A program made the translations under genes and the position numbers. The notes below the pieces were generated by a model, which had not been told where the DNA came from, searched no databases, and saw nothing but the letters and a program-made list of their open reading frames with translations. A stretch of DNA of 54,584 bases from Candidatus Falkowbacteria bacterium (lineage in GTDB: Bacteria > Patescibacteriota > Patescibacteriia > JAACEG01): NCBI GenBank assembly GCA_018651725.1, contig JABIDK010000016.1, positions 1 to 54,584 of the forward strand, given 5' to 3'. The first letter of the stretch is position 1. Each line of letters opens with the position of its first letter. Shown here one piece after another: positions 18,455 to 27,937 of the stretch.

Positions 18455-20383
18455 TTATTTATTATCTTCTTCCTTTTTTTTCTCTTCTTCAAACTCTCCT
18501 TCCACAGGTTCGTCTTTTTTCTCACCACTGGTCTGATTTTCTTCTTGTCCTGGAGTAGAGCCTGCGCCCGGAGCAGCCTGCCCCTGATCTTTATACATTT
18601 CTGCGCCTATTTTTTGAAGAGATTCTGTTAGCTCATCCATAGCTTTTTTAATTGCTTCAGTATCATCGCTGTCTTTTACTTTTTTCAGAGCTTCAACTTT
18701 TTCTTCAACTTCTTTTTTGATTTCAGGTTTAACTTTGTCACCCATTTCTTTTAGAGTTTTTTCTGATTGATTTACAACCCCCTCAGCAGTATTTTTAATT
18801 TCAATTCCCTCTTTCTTTTTCTTGTCTTCATCTGCGTGAGCCTCAGCGTCTTTTTTCATTTTTTCTACCTCTTCTTTTGATAGCCCTGATGAAGCAGTAA
18901 TAGTAATTGATTGTTCTTTCCCGCTGGCTTTATCTTTGGCTTTAACATTCAAAATACCGTTAGCATCAATGTCAAAAGATACTTCAACCTGCGGTACTCC
19001 TCTTGGTGATGGTGGAATTCCGTCTAAAATAAATCTACCCAAAGCTTTATTATCGGTTGCCATAGAACGCTCACCCTGAACAACGTGAATTTCCACTGAA
19101 GTTTGATTGTCAGCTGCGGTAGAAAAAACTTGTGACTTTGTAGTTGGGATAGTAGTGTTTTTCGTAATAAGCGGGGTTGCTACTCCGCCTAAAGTTTCAA
19201 TTCCCAAAGTCAAGGGAGTCACATCAAGTAATAATACATCTTTTACATCACCTTGTAAAACTCCAGCCTGCACAGCCGCACCTGTTGCCACTACTTCGTC
19301 TGGGTTAACAGTAATATTTGGTTTTTTATTAAAAAACTTTTCCACAGTTTCTTGGACCAAAGGCATTCTAGTCATTCCACCCACTAAAATAACATTATCG
19401 ATGTCACCTGCCGAAAGTTTTGCATCTTTTAATGCTTCTTTGCACGGCTCTAAAGTTTTCTCCACCAAATCTCCAACGATTTCCTCTAATTTTGCTCTGG
19501 TCATTTTTAAAACCAAATGTTTTGGACCGGACTCATCGGTAGTGATAAACGGCTGATTAATTTCTGTTTCTGTAGTGGTAGAAAGTTCGTGCTTGGCTTT
19601 TTCAGCTGACTCTTTTAATCTTTGTAAAGCTAACTGATCATTCCCAAGATCGATCCCGCTATCTTTTTTAAACTCTTCAATAATCCAGCTTATAATTCTC
19701 TGATCAAAATCATCTCCACCTAAATGAGTGTCACCATGAGTAGACTTAACCTCAACGGTATTTTCACTGATTTCTAAAACCGAAACATCAAAAGTTCCGC
19801 CGCCCAAATCATACACCACAACTTTTTCTCCTTTATTTTTATCAAATCCATAAGCAAGCGCAGCCGCTGTTGGCTCGTTAATGATTCTTTTAATCTCAAG
19901 CCCGGCGATTTTCCCGGCGTCTTTAGTGGCCTGTCTTTGTGAATCATCAAAATAAGCCGGCACAGTAATTACAGCTTCAGTTATGGTCTCGCCTAATTTT
20001 TCTTCGGCATCTGCTTTTAATTTCTGTAAAATCATCGCGGAAATTTCCTGCGGAGTGTGATCTTTATCTCCCATTTTTACCTTTACACCTTCACCTGATT
20101 TTACCATCTTGTAAGGCACAAGCTTAATATCATCCTGTACTTCCTTATCCTCAAAGCGCCTACCGATTAAACGTTTCACTGAAAAAACAGTATTTTCCGG
20201 ATTAGTCACAGCCTGGCGTTTAGCAGTCTGTCCAACCAATCTTTCGCCTGCTTTTGAAATTGCTACAATAGAAGGAGTAGTTCGATTACCTTCTTTATTT
20301 TCCAAGATCCTTGGAGAGCCTCCTTCAACAATAGCCATCGCTGAATTAGTCGTTCCCAGATCAATTCCTAAAATTTTTCCCAT
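18455..20383 (-). CDS. dnaK: chaperone DnaK
   Basis: [23 protein letters not shown]. Confidence 0.99.
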   Translation of the reverse strand: MGKILGIDLGTTNSAMAIVEGGSPRILENKEGNRTTPSIVAISKAGERLVGQTAKRQAVTNPENTVFSVKRLIGRRFEDKEVQDDIKLVPYKMVKSGEGVKVKMGDKDHTPQEISAMILQKLKADAEEKLGETITEAVITVPAYFDDSQRQATKDAGKIAGLEIKRIINEPTAAALAYGFDKNKGEKVVVYDLGGGTFDVSVLEISENTVEVKSTHGDTHLGGDDFDQRIISWIIEEFKKDSGIDLGNDQLALQRLKESAEKAKHELSTTTETEINQPFITTDESGPKHLVLKMTRAKLEEIVGDLVEKTLEPCKEALKDAKLSAGDIDNVILVGGMTRMPLVQETVEKFFNKKPNITVNPDEVVATGAAVQAGVLQGDVKDVLLLDVTPLTLGIETLGGVATPLITKNTTIPTTKSQVFSTAADNQTSVEIHVVQGERSMATDNKALGRFILDGIPPSPRGVPQVEVSFDIDANGILNVKAKDKASGKEQSITITASSGLSKEEVEKMKKDAEAHADEDKKKKEGIEIKNTAEGVVNQSEKTLKEMGDKVKPEIKKEVEEKVEALKKVKDSDDTEAIKKAMDELTESLQKIGAEMYKDQGQAAPGAGSTPGQEENQTSGEKKDEPVEGEFEEEKKKEEDNK

Positions 20384-20449
20384 ATTTTTTAAATACTTTT
20401 ATCCTATAAGCAATCATTTTATTAATTATTTATAAGGATTTTTTATGTA

Positions 20450-20478
20450 TTGACTTATTTTTTAATATTAGTTATAAT
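20450..20478 (+). promoter_or_regulatory. sigma70-type promoter of the 77-aa ORF
   Basis: TTGACT-17 bp-TATAAT. Confidence 0.7.
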
Positions 20479-20534
20479 TTATTATTAATTATTGATTTAA
20501 TCGCACACTAAAATAAACTAAGGGGAGATAACAA

Positions 20535-20768
20535 ATGGACAATGAAACAGATAAAATCAGTATCGCTATAGCTTTTTTGTTCGCATTTCTTGCTACACTA
20601 ATTTTAGTTATAGCATCTTGCAATATGCATCAAAATACTACACATCTAATCAAAACAAACAATGAATCTTTTAATTTCATCATAACTCTTATCGTACTTG
20701 CATTAATATTTTTCATTGGAATGCTAAAATATTTCAGAGACTACTTAAAGATAAGGAGCGAAAAATGA
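20535..20768 (+). CDS. small 2-TM hypothetical protein
   Basis: Own promoter, SD AAGGGGAG, two hydrophobic segments, downstream hairpin 20796-20825. Confidence 0.65.
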   Translation: MDNETDKISIAIAFLFAFLATLILVIASCNMHQNTTHLIKTNNESFNFIITLIVLALIFFIGMLKYFRDYLKIRSEK

Positions 20769-20825
20769 ACCCAGGAAAAAATCCCTGACCCTTCTATCCC
20801 GCATCATATAAAAAAGGTGCGGGAT

Positions 20826-21281
20826 TTATTTTTTTCCGTTAGCTAACGGATTATCCTTTAACATTTTAACCTTAATGGTCTTTGGTTTGCTTTCCGGAGC
20901 TTTAGGGATTACGATCTTTAAAATCCCGTTGTCGTAGCTGGCTTCTGCTTTATCTCCGATTACATGAGTTGGCAAAGCAACACTTCTAAAGAAACTACCT
21001 GCTCTAACTTCTTTCCTGTAATACTCTTTTTCATCAACCTCTTTTTTTTGCTCACTTTCACCCTTAATTGTCAAAACATCGTTTTCAATGGAAATATCCA
21101 CTTTTTCCGGATCAATTCCCGGAAGTGGAGTTTCTACGGTTACACTATCTTTATCCTGATAAACATCAATAGCCGGAACAAAGCCTTTAGCTTGACCAAA
21201 AGCTTGAGAGAGTTCTCCGAAATTTTTATCAAAATCTTCGAAATCATCAGGCCACCAAGGTCGATACTTCATAATTGGCAT
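20826..21281 (-). CDS. Hsp20/alpha-crystallin small heat shock protein
   Basis: PAIDVYQ, LPGIDPE, GSFFRSVALP, ASYDNGILKIVIPK. Confidence 0.95.
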   Translation of the reverse strand: MPIMKYRPWWPDDFEDFDKNFGELSQAFGQAKGFVPAIDVYQDKDSVTVETPLPGIDPEKVDISIENDVLTIKGESEQKKEVDEKEYYRKEVRAGSFFRSVALPTHVIGDKAEASYDNGILKIVIPKAPESKPKTIKVKMLKDNPLANGKK

Positions 21282-21371
21282 ATGTTTGTTAGTTTTTAAG
21301 TCTTGACTTATAACTTTTAAAAAGATAAAAAGCTAATTCCCTAAAAACAGATTAAAATATAAACTTACTTA

Positions 21372-21851
21372 TCATCCTACTACTACTCTCGCCGGGCTAA
21401 TTACTTTTCCGTGTAAAATATAACCTGGCTTTACTTCTTTTATAATATGTCCTTTTTTATGTTCTTTACTTTTTTTAATAGTTTTATCTTCAACAGCATC
21501 GTGTAATTCCGGATCAAATTTTTCCCCAACTGTTTTTATTTCTTCTACTCCTTGACTGTTTAAAATATCTTGGAGCTGTTTTTGAATATACATTATGCCC
21601 TGCACCCACGGACTTGTTTTTTCACTTTCCGGAACATGATTAGTTGATGCCTTAAAGTTATCTAAAACCGGCAAAATTTCTATTATCAAATTTGTATTGG
21701 CAAATTTTATCCAGTCTTCTTTTTGTATAATCATCTCTTTTTTTAAATTTTCATAGTCAGCTTGACTACGCATCCATCCATCAAGATTTTCTTTGACCTG
21801 ATTTTTAAGCTCCTTTATTTTCTTTTTTTCTTTTATTTTCTCATCCTTCAT
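21372..21851 (-). CDS. grpE: nucleotide exchange factor GrpE
   Basis: R.QADYEN, LPVLDNF, FDPELHDAV, GYILHGKVI.PARV. Confidence 0.95.
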   Translation of the reverse strand: MKDEKIKEKKKIKELKNQVKENLDGWMRSQADYENLKKEMIIQKEDWIKFANTNLIIEILPVLDNFKASTNHVPESEKTSPWVQGIMYIQKQLQDILNSQGVEEIKTVGEKFDPELHDAVEDKTIKKSKEHKKGHIIKEVKPGYILHGKVISPARVVVG

Positions 21852-22528
21852 ATTATTTCTTTTAAAAATTTAACAAGCGCGATGTTTTCTTCGTAGTTCA
21901 TTCTAATTGGCCCAAGTACTATAAATAATCCGTTTGTTCCAAGTTTTGTTGTTATAATCGAACACTTTTCGCTAAAAGGATTATCAGAACCAATGAGAAT
22001 ATTTATATCATTTTTTATACTTTTAAACAAGTCTGGTAATACTTCTTCCAGCCCGTCAACAATTTCCGAGATACTGCAAACAAGTTGGTACTCTCGAAAT
22101 TCAGGTTGGGAAAATAAGTTGGAAATTCCGGTATAATAAATATTAACTTCAGAAAAACCAACGATAATTGCCGTGCCGGACATCTCTGAAATCGTTTTTG
22201 CCAGCTCTTTTGCCATCTGCTCTTTATCTTTTTTAAACTTATCTTTTATATTATCCAAAGTTTTTTGTTTATTTTTACTTAAAGGTTTATTTTTATAAAA
22301 AGTTTCAAGCCAAAATTTATAACCTTGTTCAGTTGGAATTCGTCCGGCTGAAGTATGGGGCTGGTAAAGATAATTTTCTTGCTCAAGCTCCATAAGTTCG
22401 TTCCTAACCGTAGCTGATGACACATCTAAACCTGTTTTTTCCACTAGAAAACTAGACCCAACCGGTTGTGCGGTTTTAATATAATTCCTAATAGTATAAT
22501 CCAAAAGTTTTTGAGTTCTATCTTTCAT
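21848..22528 (-). CDS. hrcA: heat-inducible transcription repressor HrcA (short form)
   Basis: SSATVRNE, QPHTSAGRIPT, LGPIRMNY; adjacent CIRCE. Confidence 0.93.
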   Translation of the reverse strand: MKDRTQKLLDYTIRNYIKTAQPVGSSFLVEKTGLDVSSATVRNELMELEQENYLYQPHTSAGRIPTEQGYKFWLETFYKNKPLSKNKQKTLDNIKDKFKKDKEQMAKELAKTISEMSGTAIIVGFSEVNIYYTGISNLFSQPEFREYQLVCSISEIVDGLEEVLPDLFKSIKNDINILIGSDNPFSEKCSIITTKLGTNGLFIVLGPIRMNYEENIALVKFLKEII

Positions 22529-22552
22529 GAGTTAATATTCTGTATCCTATAA

Positions 22553-22579
22553 TTAGCACTCTCCTATTACGAGTGCTAA
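22553..22579. promoter_or_regulatory. CIRCE element (HrcA operator)
   Basis: Perfect TTAGCACTC-N9-GAGTGCTAA. Confidence 0.98.
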
Positions 22580-22583
22580 TTTC

Positions 22584-22611
22584 ATTATAAAATAATAAAA
22601 AACCTTGTCAA
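22584..22611 (-). promoter_or_regulatory. sigma70 promoter of the hrcA operon
   Basis: TTGACA-16 bp-TATAAT on the minus strand just upstream of CIRCE. Confidence 0.8.
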
Positions 22612-22719
22612 GTGCAAATAATCATAATAATGATTGACAATAGATTAATTTTATTTTAAGCTTAAAAAATTACAAAATAAAAATTAATTGAACACTACAA
22701 TCTATAAGGAGAAAATATT

Positions 22720-23493
22720 ATGAGAAAAAAAGTTGTTGTAAAAATTGGTGGAGCATTAAATGTTACAAACGGGGCTCCGAACTTGTCGTTTATTGAGGGG
22801 GTTGTAAAACAAGTTTCAGGGTTAATTGATAATTTTTGGTTTATTTTAGTTCTCTCGGGAGCTATCCCTATTGGTATTTCTATTTCAAGAGATAAAGAAA
22901 TTAACCTATCACCGGAAGACAAGGCTCTTTATTCTATGATGGGACAAGCCGACCTTTTTAAAGCTTATATTGACGCTTTTAGAGAATACGGTGTTAAAGC
23001 CGGGTCCGGTAACTACACAACCAAAACTTTACAGAACGATTTCACTAGTGATGTCTTCCAAAAAGCTTATGCTAAAAAATTTGTTATTTTATCAAATGAA
23101 GCCGATAATGTTAATCCAGAAGAACTTGACGGAGATAACGATCCTTTGTCGGCAAAAACCACAATTATTGCTAAAGCAAATCATCTTATTATGATGACAT
23201 CAATTGAAGACGGCATTGGATGTAATCTACATCAACAAAAAGGATTACGATGTATCAACAATATTATAAAAATCATAGAAAAAGATTCAATTACTACTAA
23301 TTTTTTAGATCAAGTTGATAAAAGAACAACTTCAAGACCTGGAAGCAATGGTATTCGAATAAAACTAAAATCAGCTAGAACAGCATGCGAAGGAGGGACA
23401 AAAAAAGTATCCATAGTAAATGGGAATGAAAAAGATATTCTTCTAAAAATCCTTTTAGGCAAACAACTAAGGGGAACAACAATTATCCCCTAA
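22720..23493 (+). CDS. divergent glutamate 5-kinase-like amino-acid kinase (no PUA domain)
   Basis: VVVKIGG, LSGAI, GQ..L, GDNDPLSA, K..SA; promoter TTGACA-17-TAAGCT (22634-22662), SD AAGGAG, terminator 23527-23558. Confidence 0.75.
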   Translation: MRKKVVVKIGGALNVTNGAPNLSFIEGVVKQVSGLIDNFWFILVLSGAIPIGISISRDKEINLSPEDKALYSMMGQADLFKAYIDAFREYGVKAGSGNYTTKTLQNDFTSDVFQKAYAKKFVILSNEADNVNPEELDGDNDPLSAKTTIIAKANHLIMMTSIEDGIGCNLHQQKGLRCINNIIKIIEKDSITTNFLDQVDKRTTSRPGSNGIRIKLKSARTACEGGTKKVSIVNGNEKDILLKILLGKQLRGTTIIP

Positions 23494-23626
23494 AAAATAA
23501 AACGGGTATTTTCTAGAAATAAAACGGGCATGAACCATTTTTCGGTTCATGCCTTTTTAATTTTTCTATGGTGATCTATGGTACCTCCTTATACCACCCT
23601 ATTGTCATTGGCGAAATGTTTAAAAC

Positions 23627-24580
23627 TTATTTTCTTTTAAGTTTTTCCCAAACCACTAAAAGCGGGCTGGCTAGGAATATTGATGAGTACGTTCCTATTA
23701 CTACTCCAATTATTAAAGCTAAAACAAAGCTTTTTATTGTTTCACCGCCAAAAAAGTACAGCGACGAAAGGACTAGAAGCGTTGTTACTGAAGTATAAAC
23801 AGATCGAAGTAAATTTTGGTTTACACTTTTGTTAACGGTGTTATCAAAGTGATAGTCATAGTGTTTTAAATTTTCTCTGACCCTGTCAAAAATAACAATA
23901 GTGTCGTTTACTGAGTAACCTAAAATAGTAAGAAGAGCCGCTACGAATGGGGCATTAACCTCAATACTAAAAAATTTTCCTAAAAATACAAAAATACCAA
24001 GCACAATTAAAATGTCATGGAAAAGCGCTATAATCGCAATAACTCCGTACTTCCAAGAAGAAATTGGTTTGGAAACCTTTCTAAAGGCCCAGGAAATAAA
24101 AAGAATAATCATTAACAAGGCAATAATAATAGCGTAAATCGTCTTTGTTCTTAACTCTTGACCAATAACCGGACCAATAGAATCAAACCGTTTTTCAATT
24201 ATCTTCTCTGCTGGCCTTGAATTAGCCGGCGCTATAACTTCGTCAGCATCTGTATTTTCAACAGCTAAAAGATCTAAAGTATGTTCATTTAATTTAGTCA
24301 AAATATTTTGATGAACATCTTCAGAAACATCTTTAAATCGCAGAAGCATCCCTTTCTCTCCAATGGGTTGAACGCTTATTTCACCAAGGTCCAAGTTTGA
24401 TAGCTTATCTTTAACTTCCTGTGTACTAGAGCGATCACCAGTATATTCAATTTCAAGCAAACTTCCGCCGGTAAAATCAATTCCCAAGTTAAGTCCCCAA
24501 AAAATAAGACCGAAAACACTAAGAGTGACTAACGCTCCAGAGATAATAAAGTATATTTTTTTGTAGTTAATGATATTCAT
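23627..24580 (-). CDS. secF: protein translocase subunit SecF
   Basis: LGIDFTGG, IGPVIG, GYSVNDTIVIFDRVREN. Confidence 0.96.
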   Translation of the reverse strand: MNIINYKKIYFIISGALVTLSVFGLIFWGLNLGIDFTGGSLLEIEYTGDRSSTQEVKDKLSNLDLGEISVQPIGEKGMLLRFKDVSEDVHQNILTKLNEHTLDLLAVENTDADEVIAPANSRPAEKIIEKRFDSIGPVIGQELRTKTIYAIIIALLMIILFISWAFRKVSKPISSWKYGVIAIIALFHDILIVLGIFVFLGKFFSIEVNAPFVAALLTILGYSVNDTIVIFDRVRENLKHYDYHFDNTVNKSVNQNLLRSVYTSVTTLLVLSSLYFFGGETIKSFVLALIIGVVIGTYSSIFLASPLLVVWEKLKRK

Positions 24581-24583
24581 AAA

Positions 24584-26302
24584 TTATTTTTTGGAAAATC
24601 CTTTCAGTAAAAGTCTGGTAACCACTACAGCGGAAAACATGCTCATTAAAATACCGATTCCAAGGGTAACAGCAAAACCTTTTACTATACTGGTAGAAAA
24701 CCAAAATAAAATTAAACAGGTTAACAAAGTAGAAACATTTCCATCTCTAATTGATGGCCAAGCTCTAGCAAACCCATCTTCAACAAGCTGGATACCGCTT
24801 TTGCCTAAACGCTTTTCTTCTTTAATTCGTTCAAATATTAAAACATTAGCATCAACTGCCATGCCAATTGAAAGTACTAACCCAGCCAAACCAGCCAAAG
24901 TTAAGGTAATGCCAAGAAATTTAAAAATAGTTAAAGTAAACACTCCGTAAACAAAAAGCGCTACTACAGCTGAAAGTCCTTTAAACCTATAGATTACCAG
25001 AAGAAAAATTACTATAAAAAGAATACCATACAAGCCGGCTTGTAAACTTTTTTCAAGAGACGACTTACCAAGACTTGCGCCAACTGTATTTTGACTTATT
25101 AAATCTATTGGTACAGGTAAAGCTCCGGCGTTTAACCTTTGGGATAATAATTTAGCTTCATTTAAATCAAATTTTCCGGAGATAACCGCACTACCATCGC
25201 GAATTTGTTCATTCACAACCGGGGTGCTAATTGGTATTCCGTCTAAAAATATAGCCACTCTTTTACCAACATTTCTTTTTGTAATTTCTGCAAAAAGATC
25301 TTTCCCTTCTGCATCAAATGTAATCCCAACCTGTGGATCGTTAGTGTTCTGATCAAACTGAACCTGACTTCTTGAAAGTTGCTTACCGGATAGTCCTGTA
25401 CTTTTCCACTGATCTCCGGGTGGGACAAAATCAGCTTCAGTTTTAGTTCTAATTAAAATATGAGCCGATCGCACCTCTGTATTGTCGGTTCCATCCGGCT
25501 GTAATCCGCCGCGAATTTCTTCTTTTTTAATAATATGGTAACCAAATTGAGTTTTAATAGGCTCTTCTGTAACACCGTCAACTTCTAAATTTTCGAAAAT
25601 AGCTTTTTCAAACTCCGGAACCATCATTCCTCTGCCAGCAAAACCAAGTTCACCGCCCCTCTCCCCGCTTCCCGGATCTTCGGAAAATTCTTTAGCCAAC
25701 TCTGCAAAATCCTCTCCTTCAGCTATCTTTTTAATTATATCTTGAGCTTTTACTAATGCTAATAAATTAAATTCTTTTAACTCTTTTTCTTCTTCTTCAG
25801 TTAACGCTCTAGCTGGTTCGTAATTTTCTTCCTTAAACTCTAGAATAGGAGTTTCACCGATCATTTTAATAGCTTCACTTACATTATGAACGCCAGCTAG
25901 TTCAACAACAATCCTCCAATTATCTCCGGAGTGATTGGTTTGAATAATTGGCTCTGAGACTCCAAAGGCATTTATTCTTCTTTCAATAACATCACGCACA
26001 CCCTCAAGAGCGGCAGTTTTTTCTTTATCTCCTCCCTCAATATCCTGTAAATTAGCCTCATAAACCAAATGGGTTCCACCTTGTAAATCAAGCCCTAACC
26101 GAAAAGGAATATCTGGCATTTCCGGAATATTAGAATTCAAATAAGAGTTAACCTTGTCAACTCCTTTGTTATAATAATTTGGAGATACATAAGCAAAAGC
26201 GCCTGCGCTAACCAAAATAATAGCTAAAATTATCAAATGATATTTAGCTTTATACCTTTTTTGTCGATATGTTAATCTTGAAAAAATGTTTCTTAAATTC
26301 AT
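24584..26302 (-). CDS. secD: protein translocase subunit SecD with inserted parvulin-type PPIase domain
   Basis: LGLDLQGG, ERRINAFGVSEP, GALP, IGMAVDANVLIFERIKEE; parvulin motifs inside the extracytoplasmic region. Confidence 0.95.
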   Translation of the reverse strand: MNLRNIFSRLTYRQKRYKAKYHLIILAIILVSAGAFAYVSPNYYNKGVDKVNSYLNSNIPEMPDIPFRLGLDLQGGTHLVYEANLQDIEGGDKEKTAALEGVRDVIERRINAFGVSEPIIQTNHSGDNWRIVVELAGVHNVSEAIKMIGETPILEFKEENYEPARALTEEEEKELKEFNLLALVKAQDIIKKIAEGEDFAELAKEFSEDPGSGERGGELGFAGRGMMVPEFEKAIFENLEVDGVTEEPIKTQFGYHIIKKEEIRGGLQPDGTDNTEVRSAHILIRTKTEADFVPPGDQWKSTGLSGKQLSRSQVQFDQNTNDPQVGITFDAEGKDLFAEITKRNVGKRVAIFLDGIPISTPVVNEQIRDGSAVISGKFDLNEAKLLSQRLNAGALPVPIDLISQNTVGASLGKSSLEKSLQAGLYGILFIVIFLLVIYRFKGLSAVVALFVYGVFTLTIFKFLGITLTLAGLAGLVLSIGMAVDANVLIFERIKEEKRLGKSGIQLVEDGFARAWPSIRDGNVSTLLTCLILFWFSTSIVKGFAVTLGIGILMSMFSAVVVTRLLLKGFSKK

Positions 26303-26306
26303 AATT

Positions 26307-26873
26307 TTACTTTGTTGGTCTGATTTCGGAAAGTAGGATATTTTCTACCAAAATACCACGCGGATAAAAAATTCTTTCCAGCTCTTCTTTTAGTTGAATT
26401 TCAACCTCATCGCGCTTTAAGGATACAATCTCGTTAAAAGTATATTTAGAGGCAATAAGCCTGGTTCGACTTCTAACTGTTGGGCGAATTATTTTTTCAA
26501 CAAATTCTTCGCCGATATTCTGCCACATATGCGGTATCTGATCAACATCAAGGCGAAGCAATATTGTTCCTTCAATAAGAGAAACTTTACCGTCTCCGGA
26601 AACTACTCTAACCGGCTCGTCTCCCATTACCTTTATTTTATTAATATCAAAATTCTTACTGATGTTATATTCCAGTGTTTGCGTATTAAATAGCTTTGCT
26701 TTTTGCCAAAAAGGAACCTTAAGATGAAGCCCCGGGCGTAAAACTTTTTTCAAAACTCCACGACCTAAATCATAAACACAAGCCACATAACCGGGTGGAA
26801 CTTTAATAAAAAACCCTTTCAGTACATCTTCCATCACGAAAGAGTACATCATTTTATCTAAATTTTCAGACAT
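26307..26873 (-). CDS. SPFH/prohibitin (band 7) domain protein
   Basis: VPPGYV...PGLHLKVPFWQ ... KIIRPTVRS ... GILVENILLSEI. Confidence 0.8.
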   Translation of the reverse strand: MSENLDKMMYSFVMEDVLKGFFIKVPPGYVACVYDLGRGVLKKVLRPGLHLKVPFWQKAKLFNTQTLEYNISKNFDINKIKVMGDEPVRVVSGDGKVSLIEGTILLRLDVDQIPHMWQNIGEEFVEKIIRPTVRSRTRLIASKYTFNEIVSLKRDEVEIQLKEELERIFYPRGILVENILLSEIRPTK

Positions 26874-26888
26874 AAAGTTTTAATTTAT

Positions 26889-27048
26889 GGGGCTATCGTC
26901 AAACACCGCTTTTGATATAAATTTTTCAGATTTTAAGAAAATTTCTCTTTAAAAAATTTTGCTTATATAGTATATAGGCCAAATTTTTTAAAGAGAAATT
27001 TACCAAAATATGATAATTTAGGCGAAAGGGGTGTTTGTCGACAGCCCC
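26889..27048. mobile_element. ~160-bp MITE-like palindrome, copy A
   Basis: TIR GGGGCTATCGTCAAACACC / GGTGTTTGTCGACAGCCCC (17/19); core nearly identical to 45652-45810. Confidence 0.8.
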
Positions 27049-27079
27049 TTGAAAATAAAAAAAATATTAACCAACAATC

Positions 27080-27769
27080 TTACTTTTTTGCTGGCTTAAT
27101 AAACAACCTTAGTATTACTGACACAATAACTGTAAAAAAAATAGATGTCAAGATAAAAACAGATTTAACCGCCGGCAACATTATTAAAATAATAATACTG
27201 AATATTGGGAAAAGGTATTTAAAAAATATATCGGAAGACTGCAGAACGTTTTTTATTTTTCGTTGATTATACCAAATTTCTATAAATAAACTTATTCCCA
27301 CTAACGACGCTAAAAAAATATTTTGTTCCTTCAAATCTATCCCCCAAAAAATCGTATTAATAAAATCCGGTTGGTATATCCCTTCGTAAATAGCATCAAG
27401 CTTATTGTTTATTCCTCCCATAAACACTTGATACAAAACAACCAAAACCAATGCTTGCACTCCTAAAACTATAGCCTTAGCCCATGGCCTAATCTTATAT
27501 TTTTTCATTGCCAAACGCACCTCTGATTTCATTTTTTCCGGATCATGATTAAAATCTTTTTCTATTTTTCTAACCTCTTCTGCCAATTGCTCATAGCGAA
27601 CCTTATTTCGCTGAGCAAAAAAAGTAAAAGGCAATAAAACAATCCTAAGTATTATAGTTAATCCAATAACTGCAAATCCTAAACTATAAATATCATGCCA
27701 ACCATACAAAACTATAAGCAAATTCAAAAGAGGCTCATATAAAAAATCATTCCAAATTGTTAAAAGCAT
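27080..27769 (-). CDS. yidC: YidC/Oxa1 membrane protein insertase (short form)
   Basis: LYEPLLN..., LGFAVIGLTIILRIVLLP, Q..VL..LY.VF. Confidence 0.85.
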   Translation of the reverse strand: MLLTIWNDFLYEPLLNLLIVLYGWHDIYSLGFAVIGLTIILRIVLLPFTFFAQRNKVRYEQLAEEVRKIEKDFNHDPEKMKSEVRLAMKKYKIRPWAKAIVLGVQALVLVVLYQVFMGGINNKLDAIYEGIYQPDFINTIFWGIDLKEQNIFLASLVGISLFIEIWYNQRKIKNVLQSSDIFFKYLFPIFSIIILIMLPAVKSVFILTSIFFTVIVSVILRLFIKPAKK

Positions 27770-27773
27770 AAAA

Positions 27774-27933
27774 TAGACTTGTTGCTTAATAAGCTATGTA
27801 GCGAAATTCCCAGATTTTGAGGAAATTTATTTGTAAAATTTTTTGCTTATGCCTTAGCATAGGTCAAAAATTTTACAGAGAAATTTACCAAAATATGGGG
27901 ATTGCAGTAATAGCTTATTATGCAATAGGTCTA
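27774..27933. mobile_element. ~160-bp MITE-like palindrome, copy B (different termini)
   Basis: TIR TAGACTTGTTGCTTAATAAGCTAT / ATAGCTTATTATGCAATAGGTCTA (21/24); core CAGATTTTGAGGAAATTT...GAGAAATTTACCAAAATATG shared with A and C. Confidence 0.8.
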
Positions 27934-27937
27934 TTAA

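Noticed and set aside
18225-18536. 103-aa plus-strand ORF
   Set aside because: Antisense to DUF3467 and dnaK; its middle is the translation of the REP-like palindrome.
19107-19556. long antisense ORFs (here and in copA, secD, ruvB, rpsM and others)
   Set aside because: They lie opposite well-conserved genes and have no motifs or expression signals; typical shadow frames.
16942-22579. heat-shock operon as a novelty
   Set aside because: hrcA/CIRCE-grpE-dnaK-dnaJ is a well-known arrangement; only the inserted antisense cassette is unusual.
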